A stretch of 53,183 bases of DNA, taken from the IMG/VR virus record IMGVR_UViG_3300020171_000036, positions 1-53,183 of that record. One strand, 5' to 3'. Made by a program: the position numbers and the translations under genes. Under the pieces are notes generated by a model. The model searched no databases. It saw only the letters and a program-made list of their open reading frames with translations, and was not told the DNA's origin. Below, in pieces: positions 26,670-35,621 of this stretch. How positions within the stretch are numbered: position 1 is the first letter of the stretch; each line of letters begins with the position of its first letter. The DNA comes from a virus. Its lineage: Duplodnaviria; Caudoviricetes.

Positions 26670-26990
26670 ATGACAGGAGATATTATGACTTTAAATGTTT
26701 TGGAAAGGCTATTGTTACTTAACTTACTTCCGGCAGAAGGTTCATACACAAACCTGAAATTAATGCGGAAGGCGAAAGAAAACCTATCATTCACAGAGGA
26801 TGAGAACAAGCTGCTTAATTTTAAACAGGACGGGGATTCTTTAAGGTGGGCAGATAATGTTGTCCCGGACAAAGAAATCGACATAGGTGAGATAGTAACA
26901 CAGATAATCGTTAAGGCGTTAAAGAAACTTAACGATGAGGAAAAGCTTAAAATTGAGCAAGCAAGCCTATATGAAAAGTTCGTGGGATAA
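26670..26990 (+). CDS. hypothetical protein (possible fibre chaperone)
   Basis: LNVLERLLLLNLLPAEGSY...; follows the fibre-like gene. Confidence 0.6.
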   Translation: MTGDIMTLNVLERLLLLNLLPAEGSYTNLKLMRKAKENLSFTEDENKLLNFKQDGDSLRWADNVVPDKEIDIGEIVTQIIVKALKKLNDEEKLKIEQASLYEKFVG

Positions 26991-26996
26991 AATATA

Positions 26997-29900
26997 ATGG
27001 CATCATCTAATCTATCACACGAAGAAATAGAGCGTCTTGTAGAAATTGAAATTAAAGATGCCGAAGAATATTCCGGTATTCGTTCAGGTAAGCGTGAAAC
27101 AAACTGGGATCGGTATTATGGCCGTAAGCTCGGTAACGAAGTTAAAGGCCGGTCTCAGTTTATGACACGAGAGGTGCTTGATACTATTGAATGGATGATG
27201 CCGTATTTTATTCGCACCTTTGCTTCAGGCGACCCCAAGATTGAGATAGAAATTAAAGGTCAGGAGTCCTGGGTGGGTAAGGCAATGATGGACAGGATAC
27301 AACTTGACCTCGGAGAAGGCACGCCAAACCTGTTTCTTATATTTTATCAATGGTTTAAAGACTCTCTGGTATCAGACACAGCTTTTACAAAACTGGCATG
27401 GGATTTAGACCAGGAAAATATATCTGTAGAATTTGACGAACTTCCGGCAGCACGATTACAACAGCTTGCCACAGACCCCGATGTAACTATTATTAATGCT
27501 GGTGAGATGGATATCGGTCAGGGGGGGATTTCGTTTAAGAATATCTCAGTCAAGATAAAGAAAACAATCAAGGATTCAATCTATGCTGAGAATGTACCTC
27601 ACTGGGAATTTCTTGCAAGCTCAAAGTCAAGAAGCGTTAATGACGAACACGGAAAAGGACATAAGACCGAAGTAACAGTAGATTATATAAAAAGAATCAA
27701 CAGGGCACGAACCGAAGGAAAGAAACCATATTTTAAAAACATAGACAGGCTTGAGTCGGGAGAAAGTAAATCAGAAATATCCGAAGGTGAAAAAACAAGT
27801 TACATGGGTGAAGATTCTCCTCTCCAGACAGACACGGAAAAGGGAGCTAAATCAGCGGTAACATTTATTGAATGGCATACAAGACTCGATGTAAACGATG
27901 ATGGTTACCTTGAGAATGTTATCTGTTTTATGGGGAATGGACACCTTTTAAGATGGGAAGAAAACAAAGATGAATTTATTCCGTTCTCTGCGCTTTCTCC
28001 TATAATTGACTGCTATAAGTTTTTTGGCATTTCGTATGCAGACCTTTTAGTAGAAATACAAAATCTCAAAACTATGCTATTCAGAAGAATACTTGATAAC
28101 TTTGATTTTCAGAACTCCGGCAGGTGGTTAAGAGACCCCAACAGTATGATTGACACCTATGCTCTTTTAAATAACATTCCCGGAAGTGTAATTACTGGAA
28201 AAGTAGATGGACTTAAAGACATCACTCCAGCGCCGTTCAACCCTGGGAATTTGACTATATTAGAATACGTTGATACGATAAAAGAGAACAGAACTGGAAT
28301 AACTCGTTATAATCAAGGGACAAGTGCTGATACACTTAATAAGCGTATAGATATTAACACTCCAGTCCCTATGGCAGATGGGACGTGGAGTTTTTTAAGC
28401 GAGATACAAGATAGAGATATGATTCTTGGCGGCGATGGCACTCCGACTATGGTTGTAAAAGCTCACGAAATAGCGCTGAGCGACAATGCCTATAAGGTTG
28501 AATTTAATGGCAGTGGGGCTACTAAAATAGATGAAATAGTTGCCGATGCCGAACATTTATGGGGTGTTTATATAGGAAGGCATTGGAAATATAAAATTTT
28601 AAACACCAAGCAAATTTTTAAGTTATTAAAAAGTGGTGAGAGAGTAAGTGTTCCTAAACCTAAACATATTGCCTCTGGACAAGAAAACGATTTGCCTATT
28701 AATCCTTATGTTTTTGGCGTTTGGTTGGGAGATGGTAGTAAGTGGGATACTGTAATAACTACGGCGGATGAAGGAGTTATACGTCGAGTAAAAGAACGGT
28801 GTGAGGAAGAAGGATGGCAAGTAAAAAAAGATGCCCATCCGCAAGGCATTTCTTACCGTATTACCAGTTGTTTTGAAAAGAAGAGAACTAAGGACAATCG
28901 TTTCTTTGCTCAACAAGATAGTCTTTTCCATAGATTATCTTCTCTGGGTGTATTCCGTAGAACAGGGGGGGATCCTCATATTCCTGCTGTTTATTTTAGA
29001 TCGTCTTATGGGCAAAGGCTGGAATTATTAAGAGGTTTAATGGACTCAGATGGTTTTTTTAGTCAGGGGATTTGTTTTTTTGGTAATTCTAATTATCGGT
29101 TAATTGAAGATATATCAAAACTTATTAGAAGTTTAAGCGGAGTTCCTAATATTAGAAAGGTTAGGACAAAAGGTAAAAAGTGGGTTAATGGGAAGAATTG
29201 TAACACGAAAGATTTTTGGTTAGTTGGATTTAATTTAAATGATTGTCCTTTTGCCCTTGAACGAAAGGCTGAGGTTTGGAGGCCTACACGCAAAAAAGCT
29301 TACCGCATAGTTGCTGTAAAAAAGGTTGAACCAAGATTAATGCGATGCCTGACAGTTGATAACCCTGATGGGTTATGGTTGATTGGGGAGCATTATATTG
29401 CCACGCATAATACCGCAAGAGGCATTATACAAATTCAGAATGCTGCCATGCAAAGGCTTGAATTAATTGGAAGAATATTCGCAGAAATAGGACTTAAAGA
29501 CTTTTATCGCAAGTGTGTTTTGTTATATCAAAAATATATGAGAAAACCATTTACTGCAAAGGTATTAGGGCAGGATAAAGAAATTATGCCAGAAATGATA
29601 CAGGGTAGGGTAATTACAAGGGTGAATATGGGTGTGGCTGCTTCAGTAGGTGCAGAAGAAGCCGGTAAAATAGAACACATGCTCGGAGTATTATTTAAGC
29701 TCAACGAATATTTCCCTGGACTTTTAACTCCTGAAAAGATACACAACCTTTCAAAGAGATACATCACTTCGCTTGGTTTTAAAAACGCAGACGACTTTAT
29801 AGAGGATGCTCAAAGTTATTTAGAGAAAGCCGAACAGATGCAACAGCAAAATGCTGAGATGCAAAAGATGATGGTCGAGTTACAGCAGAAATTCAAAGAG

Positions 29901-30137
29901 ATGGAGCTTCAGATTAAAGGACAGAGTGTTCAGGTTCAGGCTCAAAAAGCGCAGGCGGATGCGACCATATCTCAGGCTGAATTAAAACAGGAAAGCATTT
30001 TAGCAGGACAGGAACTTAAGCAAGATAAAGAAATAGCAATGGCAGAGATAGCGCAGAAAGAACGAGACTCAAAAAGAGACCATGCGCTTGGATTATTAAA
30101 GATGGCAACCGAAGGACAGCGACCGACAGGAGTATAA
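26997..30137 (+). CDS. portal protein (P22-like) containing an intein
   Basis: YYG..LGNEVKGRSQ, PF..L.P.....FFG.S..D, TGITRYNQG..ADTLNK|TARG, Q-rich C-terminal coil. Confidence 0.9.
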   Translation: MASSNLSHEEIERLVEIEIKDAEEYSGIRSGKRETNWDRYYGRKLGNEVKGRSQFMTREVLDTIEWMMPYFIRTFASGDPKIEIEIKGQESWVGKAMMDRIQLDLGEGTPNLFLIFYQWFKDSLVSDTAFTKLAWDLDQENISVEFDELPAARLQQLATDPDVTIINAGEMDIGQGGISFKNISVKIKKTIKDSIYAENVPHWEFLASSKSRSVNDEHGKGHKTEVTVDYIKRINRARTEGKKPYFKNIDRLESGESKSEISEGEKTSYMGEDSPLQTDTEKGAKSAVTFIEWHTRLDVNDDGYLENVICFMGNGHLLRWEENKDEFIPFSALSPIIDCYKFFGISYADLLVEIQNLKTMLFRRILDNFDFQNSGRWLRDPNSMIDTYALLNNIPGSVITGKVDGLKDITPAPFNPGNLTILEYVDTIKENRTGITRYNQGTSADTLNKRIDINTPVPMADGTWSFLSEIQDRDMILGGDGTPTMVVKAHEIALSDNAYKVEFNGSGATKIDEIVADAEHLWGVYIGRHWKYKILNTKQIFKLLKSGERVSVPKPKHIASGQENDLPINPYVFGVWLGDGSKWDTVITTADEGVIRRVKERCEEEGWQVKKDAHPQGISYRITSCFEKKRTKDNRFFAQQDSLFHRLSSLGVFRRTGGDPHIPAVYFRSSYGQRLELLRGLMDSDGFFSQGICFFGNSNYRLIEDISKLIRSLSGVPNIRKVRTKGKKWVNGKNCNTKDFWLVGFNLNDCPFALERKAEVWRPTRKKAYRIVAVKKVEPRLMRCLTVDNPDGLWLIGEHYIATHNTARGIIQIQNAAMQRLELIGRIFAEIGLKDFYRKCVLLYQKYMRKPFTAKVLGQDKEIMPEMIQGRVITRVNMGVAASVGAEEAGKIEHMLGVLFKLNEYFPGLLTPEKIHNLSKRYITSLGFKNADDFIEDAQSYLEKAEQMQQQNAEMQKMMVELQQKFKEMELQIKGQSVQVQAQKAQADATISQAELKQESILAGQELKQDKEIAMAEIAQKERDSKRDHALGLLKMATEGQRPTGV
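28344..29411 (+). mobile_element. class-3-type intein with LAGLIDADG endonuclease in portal (356 aa)
   Basis: Starts RIDINTPVP; ADAEHLW; PYVFGVWLGDG and LLRGLMDSDG; MRCLTVD; IATHN followed by Thr. Confidence 0.9.
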
Positions 30138-30422
30138 ATGACAGAACAAGAATCAGCCGAAAAAACCCGTAAACTTCACATGGCGAATGAAGCAAAGAGG
30201 CTTTTGTCAGAACCGCTTATTGACGGATTTTTCAAACATCAGGAATTGCAATGTTTTGAAGCTATGAAAAGATTGCCACTTGGCACGAAACTCGAAGAAT
30301 ATCAAACAGTTCATCACGACCTTATGGCTGTGTTAAGATTAAAAACTACCCTACAGACATACATACAGGAATATGACATGATGATTTTGACGGAAAGACA
30401 AGGGCAGGCAGAGGGGATATGA
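30138..30422 (+). CDS. portal-adjacent hypothetical protein
   Basis: A..LL..P motif; conserved position after portal. Confidence 0.65.
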   Translation: MTEQESAEKTRKLHMANEAKRLLSEPLIDGFFKHQELQCFEAMKRLPLGTKLEEYQTVHHDLMAVLRLKTTLQTYIQEYDMMILTERQGQAEGI

Positions 30423-30718
30423 GAGATATTATTAAGTTTAGACAATACAAGACTTTACCGATTAACATAAAGCCAATAATCGAAGGACAATCTGCTGATA
30501 TTATTATTAAGCGGCAGAAAGGATGCGTTCGGGTTATGGCAAACAGTGCTATAAGAAATGACGGCTTATTTAATGTTAGCTTATGGAATCGGAAAACTGA
30601 TAAATATTTCTCTAAATTAATGACTAAATCTCAATTAACGAAGGCTATTAGGAACGATGGAGTTGAACTTGTTTGGGTACGGGATAATTTTAAATATGGA
30701 GAGATTTGTGAGCTATAA
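30419..30718 (+). CDS. hypothetical protein
   Basis: 99 aa ORF coupled by ATGA overlap. Confidence 0.5.
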   Translation: MRDIIKFRQYKTLPINIKPIIEGQSADIIIKRQKGCVRVMANSAIRNDGLFNVSLWNRKTDKYFSKLMTKSQLTKAIRNDGVELVWVRDNFKYGEICEL

Positions 30719-31010
30719 ATATTATATAGGTGGTAAGGAAATTACACAGTCTGAAAAAGACAAGATTATTGGCGGGACTGCCGAAAAAACCTTATATTCT
30801 CCAAAGGGTCAACCTGGGATACCGTTTGCAGTATCGGGAGAACATTTTAAAGTTCGAGGCGGTAAGCTTGATATTAATGACCAATTATTAAGGGAATGCC
30901 TTAATACTATTAAACTGGATATTGAAAGGACATTTATAATTCAGAGGTTTACAGATAGCGAGGATAAATTGATAATACCACAGAAAGGCGCAATCTATGG
31001 ATGTTGGTGA
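30657..31010 (+). CDS. hypothetical protein
   Basis: ORF; true start probably further downstream. Confidence 0.45.
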   Translation: MELNLFGYGIILNMERFVSYKYYIGGKEITQSEKDKIIGGTAEKTLYSPKGQPGIPFAVSGEHFKVRGGKLDINDQLLRECLNTIKLDIERTFIIQRFTDSEDKLIIPQKGAIYGCW

Positions 31011-31209
31011 ACAAATTATGAATAATTTATTACCGTGCCCATTTTGTGGGTATAAAGAAGTTGCTATTAGTAAAACATATAAACGAGTTGATAATAATAA
31101 AATGATTTGGGACGGCGGGTATTCAGCCAATTGTCCTAATTGCAAAATTGGAACGTCTTCTGGGCCTGACCCAGAATATCAAAGGTCGTTATGGAACAGA
31201 AGAGTATAG
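30997..31209 (+). CDS. Lar-family restriction alleviation-like protein
   Basis: LLPCPFCG...CPNC...WNRRV. Confidence 0.65.
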   Translation: MDVGEQIMNNLLPCPFCGYKEVAISKTYKRVDNNKMIWDGGYSANCPNCKIGTSSGPDPEYQRSLWNRRV

Positions 31210-31376
31210 ACACAGAACAACTTATCAAGGCGCTGATAAAAGGTCTTGGGTTTCTTGTGGGACAATTAAAGAAAGTATTAAAAGGTGAAAAGATTTAACA
31301 TACTATAATTACATAACAATCTAACGTCTCTCTTAGGAAGCCCGTTAGATAAAAAGCTGGAAGCCTTTAGAACATC

Positions 31377-31424
31377 AAAGCCTCTTCAGATTCGGAACAA
31401 AAACCGAATTTGGGAGGCTTTTTT
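31377..31424 (+). terminator. intrinsic terminator
   Basis: AAAGCCTC..ATTCGG / CCGAAT..GAGGCTTTTTT. Confidence 0.7.
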
Positions 31425-31512
31425 ATTTTGGCGATGAGCCGACAAAAACATCGTAGCGACAAGGGCTACAAAAAACCAAAAACACTAAACTAAAAAGAAA
31501 GGAACAAATAAA

Positions 31513-32196
31513 ATGAATGAGCAATTAACACTACTTGCACAGGGCACAGGAGCAGCGATTTATTTTAATCTCGGCTGGTGTCCTGCCAAGGTAATAATTC
31601 AAGGTTCAGCAGAGGAAGATTCGGTTGTTTGGACTATAGACATGGCTGCCGGATATGGTGTCGAGTCTATAGACACAGATGGTATTTCAACCTTAACTAC
31701 CGCTACTGGCATCACCCTTGTCAAGTTTACTAATGCTTCAAATGCTTTTCCTACAGCAGCGCCAAGTTCAGTAGAGCCAGGCAGATGGTGGGAGGCAAAC
31801 GGTATCGGGATTGGGGCATCAGCAGCGGCAAATGTAGATGGTAATCCATTTACCGTACAGGCGTTCAGAATGAACGTGCCTATCGTTAGAGCGGTACATG
31901 ACGGAACTACAAGTAGCAATACTTATTTTGAGGACAGTTCGATTGATTTCCTCAGCGCAGGTATTTCTGACAACGGACAATTCATTCTCATCAATGAGAG
32001 CAATGATAATTATGCGTTTGTTGGAGCTATTACCAAGCCGGCAGGAAAAGACAAATATTGCAGGATTTACACTTACGAGAATGCTGATTTATCAACTGCA
32101 ACAGCGGCAGCAGACTTCGATACATCGGATGTCTGTTTCATAATCCCGATGCAGTATGTTCAGTATCCCCTAAGTGGTGTTGGATTGATGACATAA
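31513..32196 (+). CDS. putative head decoration/minor capsid protein
   Basis: GTGAAIYFNLGWCP.KV N-terminus; beta-rich; head module. Confidence 0.55.
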   Translation: MNEQLTLLAQGTGAAIYFNLGWCPAKVIIQGSAEEDSVVWTIDMAAGYGVESIDTDGISTLTTATGITLVKFTNASNAFPTAAPSSVEPGRWWEANGIGIGASAAANVDGNPFTVQAFRMNVPIVRAVHDGTTSSNTYFEDSSIDFLSAGISDNGQFILINESNDNYAFVGAITKPAGKDKYCRIYTYENADLSTATAAADFDTSDVCFIIPMQYVQYPLSGVGLMT

Positions 32197-32252
32197 CAAG
32201 TGGTTATACCACGACAAATTTAACGCAGCGACAATAGCTGCAAGGAGGACAA

Positions 32253-33053
32253 ATGTCTGAAAAAGCTAAAAAAGAAGAAATAATTGAGGAAGAAGAGGTC
32301 GAGGAAGTTGAAGAAGAGGAAGAAGATATTGAAGAAGGGGCAGGCGACAAAGAAGAAGAACCTGTAAGGTTTGAACTAAAACAACCGGAGGTAGTTGAAG
32401 AAGAGGAAGAAACAGTTGAAATCATTCATAAAGGTCAGCCCTATAAATTCACAAAAGACAAAATTATAGAGCTTGCTCAGAAGGGTTTTGACTATGATTA
32501 TAAGGTGGGGCCTCATGGTAAACTTGTTCAAATGATTGAAGCCGATCCTGAAATAGCGGAACTGGTAAACAAACATTGGCAAAAAAAGCTGTCAGGTCAA
32601 GAACAAACCTTTAAAGTTAAACCCATTACAGAATATGAAGATGAATCTGAATGGCTACAGGACAATATAAGCCAAGCTCTATCTCAATCACTTAAAAACT
32701 TCAAACCTGTTCCAGCTATTCAACCTCAAGATCAAGGGAAAACAGTAGAGAACGCATTAAAAATGCGAGACCCTGAATACAGTAATATGGTTATACCAAA
32801 ACTGGGTCAGTATGCGTCTCGATTAAGTGTATCTGATTACAAAAGAGTTGATTCAGACATGGGAGCGCTTTGTCAGTTTTACGATTTTGTAAAAGCTCAG
32901 GAGCTGGCAAAAGTCCCGCAGAGAAAAACTGAGCAACCTGGATTTAGAGTTAAATCCGGCGGAGGAGATGCCCCAGGCGCAGACACTAAAAGCGTATGGA
33001 ATCTCTCAAAAGATGAATTTCAAAAACAATTAGATCGAATCAAAGGATTCTGA
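32253..33053 (+). CDS. capsid scaffolding protein
   Basis: Acidic N-terminus, ELAQKGFDY, directly upstream of MCP. Confidence 0.8.
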   Translation: MSEKAKKEEIIEEEEVEEVEEEEEDIEEGAGDKEEEPVRFELKQPEVVEEEEETVEIIHKGQPYKFTKDKIIELAQKGFDYDYKVGPHGKLVQMIEADPEIAELVNKHWQKKLSGQEQTFKVKPITEYEDESEWLQDNISQALSQSLKNFKPVPAIQPQDQGKTVENALKMRDPEYSNMVIPKLGQYASRLSVSDYKRVDSDMGALCQFYDFVKAQELAKVPQRKTEQPGFRVKSGGGDAPGADTKSVWNLSKDEFQKQLDRIKGF

Positions 33054-33074
33054 AAATAAGAAAGGAAGGACAAT

Positions 33075-34076
33075 ATGGCGCTTATAACTGGCACAAGTGA
33101 TGTCGCTGTAAATTTACAGGGATATTACGACAGGAATCTATTAGAGCGAGCTGTGCCCGCCCTGATTCATTCGAGATTTGCCCAAGTACGGCCACTCCCG
33201 AAGAATGCAGGAACAAGAATTAATTTTAGAAGGTACGGTTCTCTTGCGGTTAATACCACCCCGCTTACTGAGGGGTCAACCCCTACAGGTAAAAAGCTGA
33301 CTACCACCGATATCTATGCACTCGTTAAACAGTACGGAGACTTCATTACTCTTTCTGACTGGGTGTCGATGACAGGGTTAGACCCGATACTTGTAGAGGG
33401 TGGAGAAGTCCTATCTGAGCAGATGGGGCTTTCAGTGGATACGCTTGATAGAGATGTTTATATCGCTGGCACAAATGTCAGGTATGCGGCTGGAGTAGCA
33501 GGAAGAACAAGCGTGGCAACGGCAGTAGCAGTATCTGATGTTAAATCAGCAGTCAGGACTCTGGAAGGCGGAAACGCTAAGAAGGTCAGAAGTATGGTTA
33601 TGGCCGGAGCGAAAATTGCAACCCGACCTATAGCCCCTGCATATTATGGGATTACCCACACATCATGCAGGCAGGATTATGAGGCTCTTTCAGGCTTTAC
33701 CAAAGTTGAAGAGTATGCAAGCCAGAAAGACGTTATGGAAGAAGAAATTGGTGCATGGGGGAATTTAAGAATCCTCGTAACAACCAATTCTAAGATTTAT
33801 CTTGCCGGCGGTGTTGCAGTAGGAGTTACTGGTTGCGTAGCTGCTGACAGTACGACCACAGATGTTTATACTACATTGATTTTTGCTTCCAATGCAGTAG
33901 GTTCAGTTCCGCTTCAAAAGGGAAGTGTTAAAAACATCATCAAGAAAATGGGTAGTGCTGGTACAGAAGACCCGTTAGACCAGAGGGCAACCTCAGGCTG
34001 GAAAGTAGCTCAAACAGCCAAGATTCTTAACGATGATTTCTTGGTAAGAATGGAGCATCTTTGCACCGATTTATAA
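33075..34076 (+). CDS. major capsid protein (N4-gp56 family)
   Basis: YYDRNLLERA, LPKNAG..INFRRY, LTEGSTP, QYGDF, EIG, DPLDQRATSGWK. Confidence 0.92.
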   Translation: MALITGTSDVAVNLQGYYDRNLLERAVPALIHSRFAQVRPLPKNAGTRINFRRYGSLAVNTTPLTEGSTPTGKKLTTTDIYALVKQYGDFITLSDWVSMTGLDPILVEGGEVLSEQMGLSVDTLDRDVYIAGTNVRYAAGVAGRTSVATAVAVSDVKSAVRTLEGGNAKKVRSMVMAGAKIATRPIAPAYYGITHTSCRQDYEALSGFTKVEEYASQKDVMEEEIGAWGNLRILVTTNSKIYLAGGVAVGVTGCVAADSTTTDVYTTLIFASNAVGSVPLQKGSVKNIIKKMGSAGTEDPLDQRATSGWKVAQTAKILNDDFLVRMEHLCTDL

Positions 34077-34091
34077 AGTTAATTAACACAA

Positions 34092-34117
34092 GCTAAGGGG
34101 TAACAGTACCCCTTAGC
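34092..34117 (+). terminator. stem-loop after MCP (terminator or stabiliser)
   Basis: GCTAAGGGGTA-ACAG-TACCCCTTAGC; no T tract. Confidence 0.45.
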
Positions 34118-34159
34118 AAACCAAGCTGACGACAGGTTAGCGACAAAAAGGAGATTAAA

Positions 34160-34639
34160 ATGGAAATAAGAAAATCAGATGGAAGTGTATTTGGTAATAA
34201 AGGTTCTTTGGCAATAGCATTAAATCAGAAGGGACTGACCGATTCTTATGACATGATTGAGAAAGATGGAGGCTGGATAGGTGTGCCAAAAACTGAAGCC
34301 AAGCCTGAAAAATTAATTAAATGCCGAGTACACAGGTCAAATTGCGACCCTGATAATAGGGACATGCCTATTTCGGTAACAGTAAACTCCATCTCTAATA
34401 AAAAGGTATTCTGGCCTGGTGAGGAAGTTCTATTAACTCAGGCGCATATCAACGTATTAAAAGATTCAGTTGAAGAAAACAGAATACTAATACCGCCAGA
34501 GTCAGGAATATACGCAAGCAAAGACCCGATTGCAGTAGCCAGAAATTTTTATCCGGCTATGAGGCCAGAGGTTAATCCATCAGACAATACGATCTCGATG
34601 ATAAGTAAAATACCTAATTATATCATTGAGTTGGTATAG
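34160..34639 (+). CDS. hypothetical virion-associated protein
   Basis: AAGGAG RBS; after MCP. Confidence 0.65.
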   Translation: MEIRKSDGSVFGNKGSLAIALNQKGLTDSYDMIEKDGGWIGVPKTEAKPEKLIKCRVHRSNCDPDNRDMPISVTVNSISNKKVFWPGEEVLLTQAHINVLKDSVEENRILIPPESGIYASKDPIAVARNFYPAMRPEVNPSDNTISMISKIPNYIIELV

Positions 34640-34973
34640 GTTAAAGACAGTGGATGATGCAGCCATAGAGAATATTCTAACCCAGAATAAAAGCAAAAAT
34701 TTTGTTCAGAGAATACTAACTCCTGAAAAATATCCATCTATAGATATGGGTAAAGGTTATAAGGCTACTCATTTAATGTCATGGGGCAGTTTTAATGGTA
34801 AAAATATAGTGTTCCCGACTATAATATATGATGGGAAAAATTTACAACAGTATAAACCTGACGATGCTTTTAAACATGCAATAAAAACAGGTGAGTTTAT
34901 AGAATTTGATTACCCAGAAGATGCTGATGCTTTTTCAAAAGAATATAAAAAGTTTTGGCAAAAAGGAAAATAA
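34626..34973 (+). CDS. hypothetical protein
   Basis: ATHLMSW...VFPTI...AFKHA..TGEFIEF. Confidence 0.6.
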   Translation: MSWYRLKTVDDAAIENILTQNKSKNFVQRILTPEKYPSIDMGKGYKATHLMSWGSFNGKNIVFPTIIYDGKNLQQYKPDDAFKHAIKTGEFIEFDYPEDADAFSKEYKKFWQKGK

Positions 34974-35621
34974 ATGGGAACTCTCGCAACAGCAGGTAAT
35001 AATGCAAGGATAAAATTCAGAGACACTAATTCTCTTCAATTTTCAGATACTCAACTAATCGGTCTTGTAAACACTATCCTTGAGGACATATATCAGACCC
35101 TTGTTAATGTATCCAGTAACCTTGTTTATGCGGTAGGAACTGTAACTACCGTAGCCAGCACTGCCGAATATACACCCGACTTTACACACAATGGCTTTCT
35201 TAGAGATGGTTCATGGGTGGACGGAGAAGATTCATACCTTCAGGAAGTTTCTGAAGCGGATAAAATTAAGTGGGATTATGATTCAACCACATCACAACCC
35301 GAGGCGTACTATCTAACAGAAGACAGTAAGGTTGGTTATTTATGGGTTCCCGATGATGCATATACAATATATCATACATACTGGAAGCCGATAACCGCAA
35401 TGGCGACATACGCTACCGATGCATTACCCTGGGGTGGTATATTCAACAGGTTTATTGAAAGGATGCTGGTTGTTGAGTGCCTTGAGATACTGGAAAGAGA
35501 CAGCTCAAGGCAGGCCACCCTTGCCGAAATAGAACACAATAAAGTGATGAACCTTGTATATGCGAGAGGGGTAAGGCGAGAAAAACAAGTGAGTGATATG
35601 TTTAACATAGGGTGCATTTAG
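34974..35621 (+). CDS. head-tail adaptor / tail tubular protein
   Basis: Size, position, and motifs PEAYY...WVPD..Y. Confidence 0.65.
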   Translation: MGTLATAGNNARIKFRDTNSLQFSDTQLIGLVNTILEDIYQTLVNVSSNLVYAVGTVTTVASTAEYTPDFTHNGFLRDGSWVDGEDSYLQEVSEADKIKWDYDSTTSQPEAYYLTEDSKVGYLWVPDDAYTIYHTYWKPITAMATYATDALPWGGIFNRFIERMLVVECLEILERDSSRQATLAEIEHNKVMNLVYARGVRREKQVSDMFNIGCI

